Shown one piece after another: positions 28,345 through 37,404 of a stretch of DNA of 64,000 nucleotides; within the stretch, counting starts at the first letter, position 1; each line of letters opens with the position of its first letter. Below the pieces are notes generated by a model. That model was not told the DNA's origin. It did no database searches and saw nothing but the letters and a program-made list of their open reading frames with translations. Position numbers and translations under genes: made by a program. Origin of the DNA: an uncultured Bacteroidales bacterium (GTDB taxonomy: Bacteria > Bacteroidota > Bacteroidia > Bacteroidales > UBA10428); the NCBI GenBank assembly GCA_964492185.1, contig CAZBJH010000003.1, positions 36 to 64,035 on the forward strand, in the 5' to 3' direction.

Positions 28345-31122
28345 CTAATGCGCTTCTAACCAATCATTTCCGGTACCCATTTCAACAATCAACGGCACTT
28401 TTAGCTTAACTGCATTTTCCATTTCAAATTTTACCAGTTTCTTTATATCGTCCAATTCATTCTTATTCACATCAAAAATCAGTTCGTCATGCACCTGAAG
28501 TATCATTTTTGATAAATAATTTTTTTTATTCAACTGACTGTGAATATTAATCATGGCCAGTTTTATAATATCTGCTGCAGATCCCTGTATAGGTGCGTTA
28601 ATCGCGTTTCTTTCAGCCATTCCCCTAACCAGTGCATTAGCCGAATTAATATCAGGCAAATACCTTTTCCTTCCCATAATAGTTTTCACATATCCCGTCT
28701 TTTTTGATTGCCCGATCACATTTGTCATATATGTCTTTACATTGGAATATGTCTTAAAATAATTATCAATCAATTCTCCTGCTTCTTTCCTGGGAATATT
28801 AAGTCTTTGTGATAGTCCGAAAGCTGATATTCCGTATATAATACCAAAATTTGCTGTTTTTGCCTTTCTTCTTTGCTCTTTACTGACCTCTTCCGGGGAA
28901 ATCCCGAATATCCTTGCTGCCGTTGAGGTATGAATATCCTGTCCTTTAACAAATGCATCTATCAGATTGCTGTCCCCGCTCATATGAGCCATTAAACGCA
29001 ATTCTATCTGCGAATAATCTGCAGCAAGCAATACATTGTCTGATGATGAAGGAACAAATGACTTTCGAATCTCTTTACCCCGTTCTTCACGTATCGGTAT
29101 ATTCTGAAGATTGGGATTTGTCGAGCTAAGTCTTCCCGTAGCCGCGATAGATTGATTATAGGATGTATGTATACGTCCGGTTTTCGGATTAATAAGCTTT
29201 GGCAAAGCTTCAACATAAGTGGACAATAATTTTGTTAATGATCTGTAATCCAATACCTTTTCAACCACCGGGTGACTGTCTTTTAACCTCACCAATACCT
29301 CTTCACCAGTTGAATACTGTTTAGTCCTGGTCATTTTAATATTATCTGAAATTTTTAATTTTTCAAACAACACCTCACCAAGTTGTTTGGGTGAAGAAAT
29401 ATTAAATTCCATTCCACTTAGTTCATATATTTCTTCTTTAACATTATTTATTTCATCTATAAGTACTTTAGCATAATCATTTAAATCTTTAATGCTAATT
29501 TTGATCCCGGTTGCTTCCATATCTGCAAGCACTGATATTAAAGGCATTTCCACTTTTGCAGACAATTCTTCCAGATTGTTATCCTTAAGAGTTCGTGTAA
29601 GGATTTTACTAAGCTGCCATGTAATATCGGCATCTTCACCCGCGTATTCCTTTTGCTTTTCCTGGTCTACTACCCGCATGGATTTCTGATTCTTTCCTTT
29701 ACTCCCGATTATAGATTCTATAGATACCATTTTATACCTCAAATAGGTTTCAGCCAGATAATTTAAATTATGCCTTAATTCCGGTTGAATCAGGTAATGT
29801 GCTATCATAGTATCAAATAGATCGCCTTCAACCACAATATTATAATTTTTTAATACCAGAATATCAAATTTCAGGTTTTGTCCAAGCTTTTTGATTTCCT
29901 GATTTTTAAACAATTCCTTAAATTCATTGATTATAGCCAGCGATTCTTCCTGATCCTCCGGAAATGTGACATACCATGCCCTGGCATTTTCATATGAAAA
30001 TGCCAGTCCAACAAGTTCAGCTTCATATACATTAAGTGAAGTGGTTTCCGTATCAAAACAAAACTCCTTTTGTTTATTCAAATTTCTGATCAGGGCTGTT
30101 CGTTTTTCTTTTGTATCAACCAGAATATATTCATGCTTTTCAGTATCTATGGTCTTTAAATTATCAGGCGCAGACCCCGGTTGTTTATTTACTGATGAAA
30201 ACAGATCTCCCTGAACGGCTTCATGATATTCGGAATTTTTAACATTATTAGTTATAATCCTGCTTTGTAAACTTTTAAATTCCAGCTCATTAAACAATTC
30301 CATCATTCTTTTTTTGTCCATTTCCATACGTTTGAATTCATCAATCCGGAAATTCACAGGCACATTAGTTATAATAGTTACAAGTTTTTTGGACAATTTC
30401 ATCTTTTCTACAGAAGATTCAATATTTTGCCGAAGCTTCCCTTTCAACTTTTCCGAATTGCGAACCAAATTTTCAATCGATTTGTATTCGGCAATTAACT
30501 TTTTTGAAGTTTTTTCACCTACCCCTGTTACTCCGGGCACATTATCCGAAGAATCACCCCATAGTGCAAGAATATCAATTATCTGTGCCGGTTCATCAAT
30601 CATGTATTTCTTTTTGATCTCCTTTTCACCCATTATTTCAACATCTCCCCCTGATCTGCCAGGTTTATAAAGCAATATTTGTTCCGAAACCAATTGGCAA
30701 AAATCTTTATCAGGCGTTACCATATAGGTTTTAAATCCTTCTTTTTCAGCTGTTCTGGCCAATGTCCCAATCACATCATCCGCTTCATACCCTTCTATTT
30801 CCAAAACCGGAATATTATAAGCTTTTAAAATTTCCTTTATATATGGAACAGAAAGTTTGATCTCCTCAGGAGTAACCAGTCTGTTTGCTTTATATTCAGT
30901 AAATAATTCATTTCTGAATGTTGGTGCAGGCGGATCAAAAGCAACAGCAATATGGGATGGATTTTCTTTACGTAAAATTTCATCCAATGAATTAACAAAA
31001 CCAAAAACAGCTGATGTATTCAGGCCCTTTGAATTTTTTATAGGCCGGCTGATAAAAGCATAATAAGCCCTGAATATTAAGGCATACGCATCAATTAAAA
31101 AAAGTGTTTTTTTCTCCTCCAT
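28345..31122 (-). CDS. polA: DNA polymerase I
   Basis: Contains a 5'-3' exonuclease (LFLIDAYALIFRAYYA), a 3'-5' exonuclease, pol motif A (DYSQIELR), motif B (RRKAKTANFGIIYG) and motif C (QVHDEL). The ORF-track start at 31233 lies inside a repeat. I prefer the start at 31122 (MEEKKTLFLID). Confidence 0.93.
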   Translation of the reverse strand: MEEKKTLFLIDAYALIFRAYYAFISRPIKNSKGLNTSAVFGFVNSLDEILRKENPSHIAVAFDPPAPTFRNELFTEYKANRLVTPEEIKLSVPYIKEILKAYNIPVLEIEGYEADDVIGTLARTAEKEGFKTYMVTPDKDFCQLVSEQILLYKPGRSGGDVEIMGEKEIKKKYMIDEPAQIIDILALWGDSSDNVPGVTGVGEKTSKKLIAEYKSIENLVRNSEKLKGKLRQNIESSVEKMKLSKKLVTIITNVPVNFRIDEFKRMEMDKKRMMELFNELEFKSLQSRIITNNVKNSEYHEAVQGDLFSSVNKQPGSAPDNLKTIDTEKHEYILVDTKEKRTALIRNLNKQKEFCFDTETTSLNVYEAELVGLAFSYENARAWYVTFPEDQEESLAIINEFKELFKNQEIKKLGQNLKFDILVLKNYNIVVEGDLFDTMIAHYLIQPELRHNLNYLAETYLRYKMVSIESIIGSKGKNQKSMRVVDQEKQKEYAGEDADITWQLSKILTRTLKDNNLEELSAKVEMPLISVLADMEATGIKISIKDLNDYAKVLIDEINNVKEEIYELSGMEFNISSPKQLGEVLFEKLKISDNIKMTRTKQYSTGEEVLVRLKDSHPVVEKVLDYRSLTKLLSTYVEALPKLINPKTGRIHTSYNQSIAATGRLSSTNPNLQNIPIREERGKEIRKSFVPSSSDNVLLAADYSQIELRLMAHMSGDSNLIDAFVKGQDIHTSTAARIFGISPEEVSKEQRRKAKTANFGIIYGISAFGLSQRLNIPRKEAGELIDNYFKTYSNVKTYMTNVIGQSKKTGYVKTIMGRKRYLPDINSANALVRGMAERNAINAPIQGSAADIIKLAMINIHSQLNKKNYLSKMILQVHDELIFDVNKNELDDIKKLVKFEMENAVKLKVPLIVEMGTGNDWLEAH

Positions 31123-31130
31123 AACAGTAT

Positions 31131-31191
31131 AATTAGAGTTTGTCAATAAAGTCTTCAAAATGTTTAACTGGCCATGTATCTGGTTTGTCTG
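31131..31191 (+). repeat. Head-only module of the hairpin-repeat family (C-type head)
   Basis: AATTAGAGTTTGTCAATAAAGTCTTCAAAATGTTTAACTGGCCATGTATCTGGTTTGTCTG aligns to the first ~60 nt of 57838-58004. It ends 8 nt from the polA start codon. Confidence 0.75.
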
Positions 31192-31296
31192 CCCCCATAA
31201 TATACAAAAAAACCGGCAGATACATCCATCCACCGGCTATATATAAATAACTATTCAAATCCTGCACCAATAGCCACCAAATACAGGTAATATGAA

Positions 31297-31593
31297 CTAA
31301 CAGGTACATTTACTTATACAATCCACAATATTGATCAGCTGATCGTGTTTCAGGAAATAATAAGTGTTTTTACCGTCCCTGAGTGAATTTAGAACTCCTT
31401 TATCTTTTAATATTCCCAAATGGTGGGAAGTAGTGGATTGTTCAATGCCAAGTAATTCATGTATTTCTGTTACAGTCAGTTTTTTCCCATCATCCAGAAA
31501 ATTCAGAATTGCTATACGCATAGGATGAGCTATTGCCTTCAACATATTTGCTGCCTTTTCAAGTTGGTCGGCTGTTAATGTTTCAATTTCCAT
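31297..31593 (-). CDS. ArsR/SmtB-family transcriptional regulator
   Basis: 98-aa ORF with a winged-HTH signature (HPMRIAILNFL ... LTVTEIHELLGIEQSTTSHHLGILK). Confidence 0.8.
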   Translation of the reverse strand: MEIETLTADQLEKAANMLKAIAHPMRIAILNFLDDGKKLTVTEIHELLGIEQSTTSHHLGILKDKGVLNSLRDGKNTYYFLKHDQLINIVDCISKCTC

Positions 31594-31797
31594 TAATATA
31601 ATAGATTAAGCATTTAATAATACAAATATATAAATATATCATCATAAAAGAATTAAATTCAGATGAATTTGAATAATTTTATGGCAAATACCATATTTTA
31701 GCAGTTGTTAGATTATTAACAATTCTGACTGTATATAATCATCATTCTTATGTATTCATAATTCATTCGTACATTTACTAATAATTATCAAACCAAT

Positions 31798-32772
31798 ATG
31801 GTAAAGCTTAATGACATAAAAACCCCCATTAAGAAGGAATTGAAGAAATTTAACCTGGCCTTTCCAAAATATATGAACAGTAACATTCCCCTTCTTAATA
31901 TCCTTACAAAATATATCATACGTAGAAAGGGAAAACAAATACGCCCCATGTTAGTCTTTCTGACTGCCAAAATGCTGGGAGAAACAAATTCTTCAACATT
32001 TACTGCAGCATCATTAATTGAACTCCTTCATACTGCAACACTTATACATGACGATGTAGTAGATGAATCATATGAAAGAAGAGGCTTTTTATCAATTAAT
32101 GCATTATGGAAATCAAAAATTGCAGTTCTGTTAGGTGATTTTCTTCTTTCCAAGGGATTATTACTATCATTAGAAAATAATGAATATGATCAATTACAAA
32201 TTGTTTCTGAAGCTGTTCGTGAAATGAGTGAAGGTGAATTATTACAAATTCAAAATTCACGTAAACTTAATATAACTGAATCATTATATTATGAGATAAC
32301 CCGTAAGAAAACAGCTGCTTTGATTGCAGCCTGCACAACATGCGGAGCCAGATCTGTCACAAAAGACACTACTGTTCTGAAGGATTTTAAAAAATTTGGA
32401 GAGAATGTTGGAATGGCATTTCAGATAAAGGATGATCTACTTGATTATGAAAATTCTAATTTAATAGGCAAACCCACAGGTAATGACATAAAAGAAAAGA
32501 AAGTCACATTACCCTTGATTTACGCGCTTGAACATGCTGTCGCAAAAGACAGGAAACATATTATTCATTTAATCAGAAAAAAGAATAATAAAACAAAAGC
32601 AATTTCCGAAATCATTACCTATGTTAAGAACAAGGGAGGAATAGAATATGCTGTATCCAAAATGAATGCTTATAAAGACACAGCCGTTCGTATTCTCGAT
32701 AAATTTGAAAATAGCCAATCCAGGCAAGCACTTATTGAGCTCGTTAACTTTACTATTACACGTAATAAATAA
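31798..32772 (+). CDS. Polyprenyl-diphosphate synthase (long-chain trans-prenyltransferase)
   Basis: 324-aa ORF with both Asp-rich motifs, LIHDDVVDES and QIKDDLLDY. Confidence 0.85.
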   Translation: MVKLNDIKTPIKKELKKFNLAFPKYMNSNIPLLNILTKYIIRRKGKQIRPMLVFLTAKMLGETNSSTFTAASLIELLHTATLIHDDVVDESYERRGFLSINALWKSKIAVLLGDFLLSKGLLLSLENNEYDQLQIVSEAVREMSEGELLQIQNSRKLNITESLYYEITRKKTAALIAACTTCGARSVTKDTTVLKDFKKFGENVGMAFQIKDDLLDYENSNLIGKPTGNDIKEKKVTLPLIYALEHAVAKDRKHIIHLIRKKNNKTKAISEIITYVKNKGGIEYAVSKMNAYKDTAVRILDKFENSQSRQALIELVNFTITRNK

Positions 32773-33028
32773 TTTTATTTCATATATTTATGTAGTTATC
32801 TATATATATCTATCTGATTGATTAATAAGGACTAGAACTTTCAATTTATTATACGATTATTATTTATTTTTATGAATCGTTGACCCGACAAAGCCAATAA
32901 TGAAGTTTTACCCATATATTTGATAAATAATAATTCTATGTTGAATATATCGATAAGAAATTATTTCATAATTAATACCATATAATAATAAAAGTCAATT
33001 CAATATTAAATTTAAAACTAACATCATT

Positions 33029-34834
33029 TTAATCAAATGAATGAAAATTATCAAAAATTATTTCAGCCTTTTTCCTTCCTACACAAACAACCAATTCATC
33101 TTTTGATGCCAATCTGATTCCATTAATATCACTAAATCTATTAATCAATAATTGTTTTGTCTTTTCACCAATTCCCGGTAATGCATCCAAACCTGATTTT
33201 AACATTGATTTTTCACTCTTTTTTCTATGAAAATCTATCCCAAAGCGGTGTGCTTCATTTCTCAATTGTTGGATCAGCTTTAATGATTCTGATCTTTTGT
33301 CAAGATATAAAGGTATAGGATCGCCAGGAAAATAAATTTCTTCTAACCTTTTTGCAATTCCTATTATTGAAATATTTCCGGATATATTTAACTTTTTGAT
33401 ACTTTTTAATGCTGCATTTAGCTGTCCTTTTCCTCCATCTACAATAATCAATTGCGGTAATTCTCTCCCTTCTTTTATTAATCTATAATATCGCCTGTAT
33501 ACAATTTCTTCCATTGAAGCATAATCGTCAGGACCACTCACAGTCTTTATATTATAATGACGATACTCGCCCTTGCTTGGTAATCCTTTTCTAAATACCA
33601 CGCAGGCAGCTACCGGATAATCTCCCTGAATATTGGAATTATCAAAACATTCAATATGTTCCGGGGTCTGCGACAAATGAAGATCTTTCCTGATATTATC
33701 TAGTACTTTTGTCTTATTCTTCTTTCTTACAAATATTTGTTTTTGTCTTATTCTCTCATTAATAAAAAAATCTGCATTTCTTTGTGAAAGATTTAGCAAT
33801 TTTCTTTTATCTCCGCGTATAGGAACCACCTTATTAATTTCCGGGAACACATCTCCAATATTAAAAGGCAGTATCATGTCTTTTGCATTACTTCGCATTC
33901 GAAAACGGATATCAGTAATGGCAAAAGCCAACAATTCATCTTCAGGCTCATTCAATTTATCAAGCAATTCAAGAGTGTGTGATTTAATAACTGCTCCATT
34001 ACTAACTTTCAAAAAATTAACAGCGATAATTCCTTCCTTTCTCCTGAAAGAAAAAACATCTATGTTATTAAGTTTTGGATTTACAATTGTAGATTTACTC
34101 CTGAATTTTTCAATTATATTAATTTTTTCTTTAACGCGTTCTGCATCTTCAAATTTCAATTCATTTGCATATTTTCTCATTATTTTATCCATATAAACCA
34201 AAGCTTCCTGAATATTTCCTTTTAAAATATTACGTATCTGATCAATTTTTATCATGTATTCTTCAGCACTTTCTTTACCTTCACATGGCCCCATGCAATT
34301 TCCTATATGATATTCAAGACAAACTTTAAATTTTTTTTCTTTTATATTCTCTTCCGATAAATTTAATTTACATGTCCGTAAAGGATAAATTTGTTTTATT
34401 AGATCCAGTAAAGTTCTTACCATAATAGATGAAGTAAAAGGCCCGAAGTATTCCGACCCGTCTTTTATTACTTTTCTTGTACTGAATACCCTTGGAAAAC
34501 TCTCTTTTTTTATACATATCCATGGAAATGTTTTATCATCCTTTAGTTGAACATTGTATCGAGGTTTATGCTTCTTTATAAGATTATTTTCCAATAATAA
34601 TGCATCAGACTCATTCTCCACTATAATGTAATCAATTCCCCTGATCTTATTAACCATCAACTTTACTTTATATTGAGTGGATTTCGTATTATTAAAATAT
34701 GAAGAAACGCGTTTTTTTAGATTTTTAGCCTTACCAATGTATATTATATCATTTTTCTCGTTTAAAAACTGGTATACACCAGGACTATCCGGTAAACCTT
34801 TAATTTTTTCTTTTATATTCGTAAAAATATCCAT
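33029..34834 (-). CDS. uvrC: Excinuclease ABC subunit C
   Basis: 601-aa ORF with a GIY-YIG domain (GVYQFLNEKNDIIYIGKAKNLKKRVSSYF), a UvrB-interacting region, an endonuclease domain and a C-terminal HhH (LDALPGIGEKTKQLL). Confidence 0.93.
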   Translation of the reverse strand: MDIFTNIKEKIKGLPDSPGVYQFLNEKNDIIYIGKAKNLKKRVSSYFNNTKSTQYKVKLMVNKIRGIDYIIVENESDALLLENNLIKKHKPRYNVQLKDDKTFPWICIKKESFPRVFSTRKVIKDGSEYFGPFTSSIMVRTLLDLIKQIYPLRTCKLNLSEENIKEKKFKVCLEYHIGNCMGPCEGKESAEEYMIKIDQIRNILKGNIQEALVYMDKIMRKYANELKFEDAERVKEKINIIEKFRSKSTIVNPKLNNIDVFSFRRKEGIIAVNFLKVSNGAVIKSHTLELLDKLNEPEDELLAFAITDIRFRMRSNAKDMILPFNIGDVFPEINKVVPIRGDKRKLLNLSQRNADFFINERIRQKQIFVRKKNKTKVLDNIRKDLHLSQTPEHIECFDNSNIQGDYPVAACVVFRKGLPSKGEYRHYNIKTVSGPDDYASMEEIVYRRYYRLIKEGRELPQLIIVDGGKGQLNAALKSIKKLNISGNISIIGIAKRLEEIYFPGDPIPLYLDKRSESLKLIQQLRNEAHRFGIDFHRKKSEKSMLKSGLDALPGIGEKTKQLLINRFSDINGIRLASKDELVVCVGRKKAEIIFDNFHSFD

Positions 34835-34859
34835 TGATTTGCATTATTTTATGATAAAA

Positions 34860-34877
34860 ATGTTCCACGTGGAACAT
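34860..34877. promoter_or_regulatory. Perfect 18-bp palindrome ATGTTCCACGTGGAACAT upstream of uvrC
   Basis: Read directly from the sequence. The palindrome is perfectly self-complementary and lies 25 nt upstream of the uvrC ATG (34834, minus strand). Its 14-bp core recurs at 37391-37404. Confidence 0.5.
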
Positions 34878-35234
34878 AATAAATATATATATGTTTATTC
34901 TTATATATTTTACAATATTCATAATTCTTTAAATATTCTATACATATCTTATATAATTCCTTCAATTTATATCTTATAATAATTCTACAGTTTAAATATA
35001 CTGCCCCCCAGCAGAGCTGATGAGGTATCAAAATAATTACAATTATTTACCATTCATCTTTTTATTTTCTTTCTCATTACCCTTTCCTTTCAAATATTTT
35101 TAAACAACACTTTATCTCATATCTACCAATAATTAACATAAAATCTTTTTTTCGAAAACCTACCTTCTCAAAATTTCATCTTCACCTCTTGATCTTATTT
35201 AAATACTTCTTTCCCTTTAATACTATTTACTTTT

Positions 35235-35657
35235 CTAATTAGAGTTTGTCTATAAACTCTTAGTGTTTGTTCAGAATGTTCGATATCAAGGCGCGCAAAA
35301 ATTTTAAACCGCAGTATACTAATGTATTCGATGATTTAAAATTTTGGCAGCAATGCAAATATCGGACATTATGCACAAACACTAATTATAGTTTGTCTAT
35401 AAAATAAAACTGCTTTTTCAGAATGATAAAAATCAAATATATTTAACATTTTAAACTGCAGCATACTAAATTATTTTAGTATTTAAAATTTAAGCATCAA
35501 CTCGGATATCTGACATTATTCACAGTCACTAATTAGAGTTTGTCAATAAACTCTTAGTGTTTATTCATAATGTTCAAGATCAAGGCTCTCTAAAATTTTA
35601 AACCGCAGTATACTATGTTATTCTTTTATTTAAAATTTTATCATCAACGCGTATATC
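35235..35657 (+). repeat. Tandem array of three family-B hairpin-repeat units (147-bp period)
   Basis: Units begin with CTAATTA(G/T)AGTTTGTC at 35235, 35382 and 35529. In unit 1, arm TAGTGTTTGTTCAGAATGTTCGATATC pairs with GATATCGGACATTATGCACAAACACTA, with a nested pair AAAATTTTAAA/TTTAAAATTTT. Unit 2 is diverged and unit 3 lacks the closing arm. Confidence 0.85.
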
Positions 35658-35810
35658 TTTTAATACCATATATAAAGGGTACCATCTAATAAGAAAAAAG
35701 GGTACCACCCCTTTAAGTTGTTTATTATTTCAGTAATCCAAAACAATGAATATCCCCTAAAAAGATGGACGGCAAGTTAAGCTACAAAAAAAAAGTAGTA
35801 AATTGCCATT

Positions 35811-36125
35811 ATGACACAAGAGAGAACATTTTATGACCGTGAGTTCAAGCAAAAAGCAGTTGAGCTTTCGTATGCAAGAGGCAATGTAAAAGAGATTGCC
35901 GAAGAGTTGGGTATCCGGCCAGAGTTATTATATAGGTGGCGGCGGGAATTCAAAAAATATGAAAATAACAGTTTTCCTGGGAGAGGAAAACCGAAGATGA
36001 CCGATCTTGAGAGGGATAATACCAGATTAAGGAAAGAGCTTCGTGATGCAAAGATGGAAAGGGATATCTTAAAAAAGGCGGTAAGCATCTTCTCCAAGAG
36101 CGATGGAAAATCTACCAATTCATGA
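35811..36125 (+). CDS. IS3-family transposase OrfA (HTH/leucine-zipper part)
   Basis: 104-aa ORF with a typical IS3 OrfA sequence (REFKQKAVEL ... IAEELGIRPELLYRWRREF ... LRKELRDAKMERDILKKA). Confidence 0.85.
   Translation: MTQERTFYDREFKQKAVELSYARGNVKEIAEELGIRPELLYRWRREFKKYENNSFPGRGKPKMTDLERDNTRLRKELRDAKMERDILKKAVSIFSKSDGKSTNS
36071..36077 (+). other. Programmed -1 ribosomal frameshift heptamer A_AAA_AAG of the IS3 element
   Basis: The heptamer is in the orfA zero frame (codons TTA AAA AAG at 36069-36077). The orfB frame is -1 relative to orfA. This arrangement is canonical for the IS3 family. Confidence 0.6.
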
Positions 36126-36988
36126 GTAATCACCGAACCAGATTTACCGTTGAGATGATGTGCAAAGTATTCAAGGTGAGAAAGAGCAGTTATTATCGTT
36201 TTTTAAAAAAAGGACCTTCACAGCGTTGGCAGGAGAATGAAAAGATCCTGGTTGAGATAATGGATATTTTTGAAGAGAGCAAGTAGAGTTACGGGAGTCC
36301 AAGGATTACAAAAGAGTTAAGAGCAAGAGGCAGAGTTATTGGTAAAAACAAAGTTGCTGATATGATGCGGGCAGCTGATCTTCGTGCTAAAAGGAGAAAG
36401 AACTTTAAGATCACTACCGATTCTAATCACAACTATCCCGTTGCACCGAACCTGCTTAATCAGAACTTTTCAGTTACCAGACCAGGGGAAGTGTGGGTGT
36501 CAGACATTACCTAAGCGCGGACAAACAGCGGCTGGTTATATCTGACAGTGATAATTGACCTTTATGACCGGAAAGTAATCGGCTGGTCAATGAGCAAGGG
36601 GTTGTCAGCAATGGAAACAATAATACCAGCCTGGTTTATGGCAGTTAAGAATCGTCCTGTCTCCGAGGATTTGATATTCCACTCTGATAGAGATATCCAG
36701 TATGCCAGCAGTGAGTTTACTAAGCTCATAGAAAATAATGAATTGATTAGACAGAGTATGAGCAGAAAAGGAAATTGCTGTGATAATGCAGTAGCTGAAA
36801 GCTTCTTTAAGACAATAAAAGTGGAGTGGATTTACAACCAGAAATTCACAAATCAGGAAGAAGCCCAGCATTCAATCTTTGAGTGGATTGAAAGCTGGTA
36901 CAACCGAAAAAGAAGACATTCAGCTTTAGCATATAAAACAATAGATGAGTTTAATGAAATAATTATTAATTTTAACAATGCAGCGTAG
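36122..36988 (+). pseudogene. IS3-family transposase OrfB (DDE integrase core), disrupted by two in-frame stop codons
   Basis: The frame from ATG 36122 encodes the DDE transposase (…SYGSPRITKELRARG…, …GEVWVSDIT*…GWLYLTVIIDLYDRKVIGW…, HSDRDIQYAS, SRKGNCCDNAVAESFF). It is interrupted by TAG at 36284-36286 and TAA at 36512-36514. Confidence 0.8.
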
Positions 36989-37390
36989 CTTAACTAATCG
37001 TCTCATTTATTTGGGTAGGTTCATGTAATAAATTATTTATTTCTATAAAACTTGTTCCTTTAAACCAGCAGACATTTTTTCATTATCTAAGACCATTTCT
37101 TAAAAAGAACTTACATTATCATTTATTTCTTTCGTTGTCTGTTCTTTTAATTAAGCTTTTCCTAACTACCACTTATCATTATTAATTATTCTTCTATTGT
37201 TATAACGTCTTTTGTATACAATAAATCCAATTATTTTTATAAACTTTTACTATTTCAACGCATCTACTTCTTTTCAAAAGCTTCACTATAGTTTTCTATA
37301 TCATTATCTTCATTCGTATTGCATTTACCTCAAATTTAATTCACCAATAATAGCCGTTCAATTCAAAAATCTTAAATAAATATTATTATT

Positions 37391-37404
37391 GTTCCACGTG
37401 GAAC
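37391..37404. promoter_or_regulatory. Second copy of the palindrome GTTCCACGTGGAAC, abutting the mnmG stop codon
   Basis: A perfect 14-bp palindrome identical to the core of 34860-34877. It overlaps the mnmG stop (37404-37406) by 1 nt. Confidence 0.5.

Larger units (their letters stand above)
35766..37005 (+). mobile_element. IS3-family insertion sequence, decayed
   Basis: 1240-bp element with imperfect terminal inverted repeats TGGACGGCAAGTTAAGCTAC (35766-35785) and GTAGCTTAACTAATCGTCTCA (36985-37005), following the TG...CA rule. It has the orfA/orfB -1 frame arrangement with an A_AAA_AAG slippery site. orfB carries two in-frame stops. No flanking target duplication is evident. Confidence 0.8.

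Noticed and set aside
31131-31160. Sigma-70-type promoter (TTGACA … TATACT) inside the repeat head upstream of polA
   Set aside because: The spacing between the two hexamers is only about 9 nt. At the PfkB locus the corresponding spacing is about 11 nt. Bacteroidota primary promoters use a different consensus (TTTG / TAnnTTTG).
31123-31233. N-terminal 37-aa extension of polA in the ORF track (start at 31233)
   Set aside because: The extension (MDGCICRFFCILWGQ…) is encoded by the antisense strand of a dispersed repeat head. It has no similarity to Pol I N-termini. The conserved 5'-nuclease domain begins right after Met38 (MEEKKTLFLID).
35017-35024. CTGATGAG, the hammerhead ribozyme core word, in the non-coding segment upstream of the repeat array
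   Set aside because: The downstream sequence forms a possible helix II. However, no GAAA core element or helix III/cleavage-site arrangement follows, so the remaining conserved core is absent. This is a chance 8-mer.
34677-35031. Short ORFs in AT-rich intergenic DNA (34677-34979, 34849-35031; also 31756-31970, 39237-39482, 41387-41569, 45301-45504, 51772-51981, 58456-58702)
   Set aside because: Their translations are Ile/Tyr/Phe/Asn/Lys-rich, as expected from random AT-rich sequence. They overlap promoters or gene ends and carry no motifs.
35235-35657. CRISPR array
   Set aside because: The units are 147 bp long, directly abutting with no unique spacers, and internally hairpin-forming. No cas genes are in the window.
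34878-37403. Replication origin (oriC) next to mnmG/gidA, suggested by the long AT-rich gene-free DNA
   Set aside because: I found no TTATCCACA-type DnaA boxes or clusters of close variants by eye. The closest match is TGTTCCACG inside the palindrome, at 6 of 9 positions. No dnaA or dnaN gene is nearby. Much of the region is accounted for by an IS3 remnant and a repeat array.
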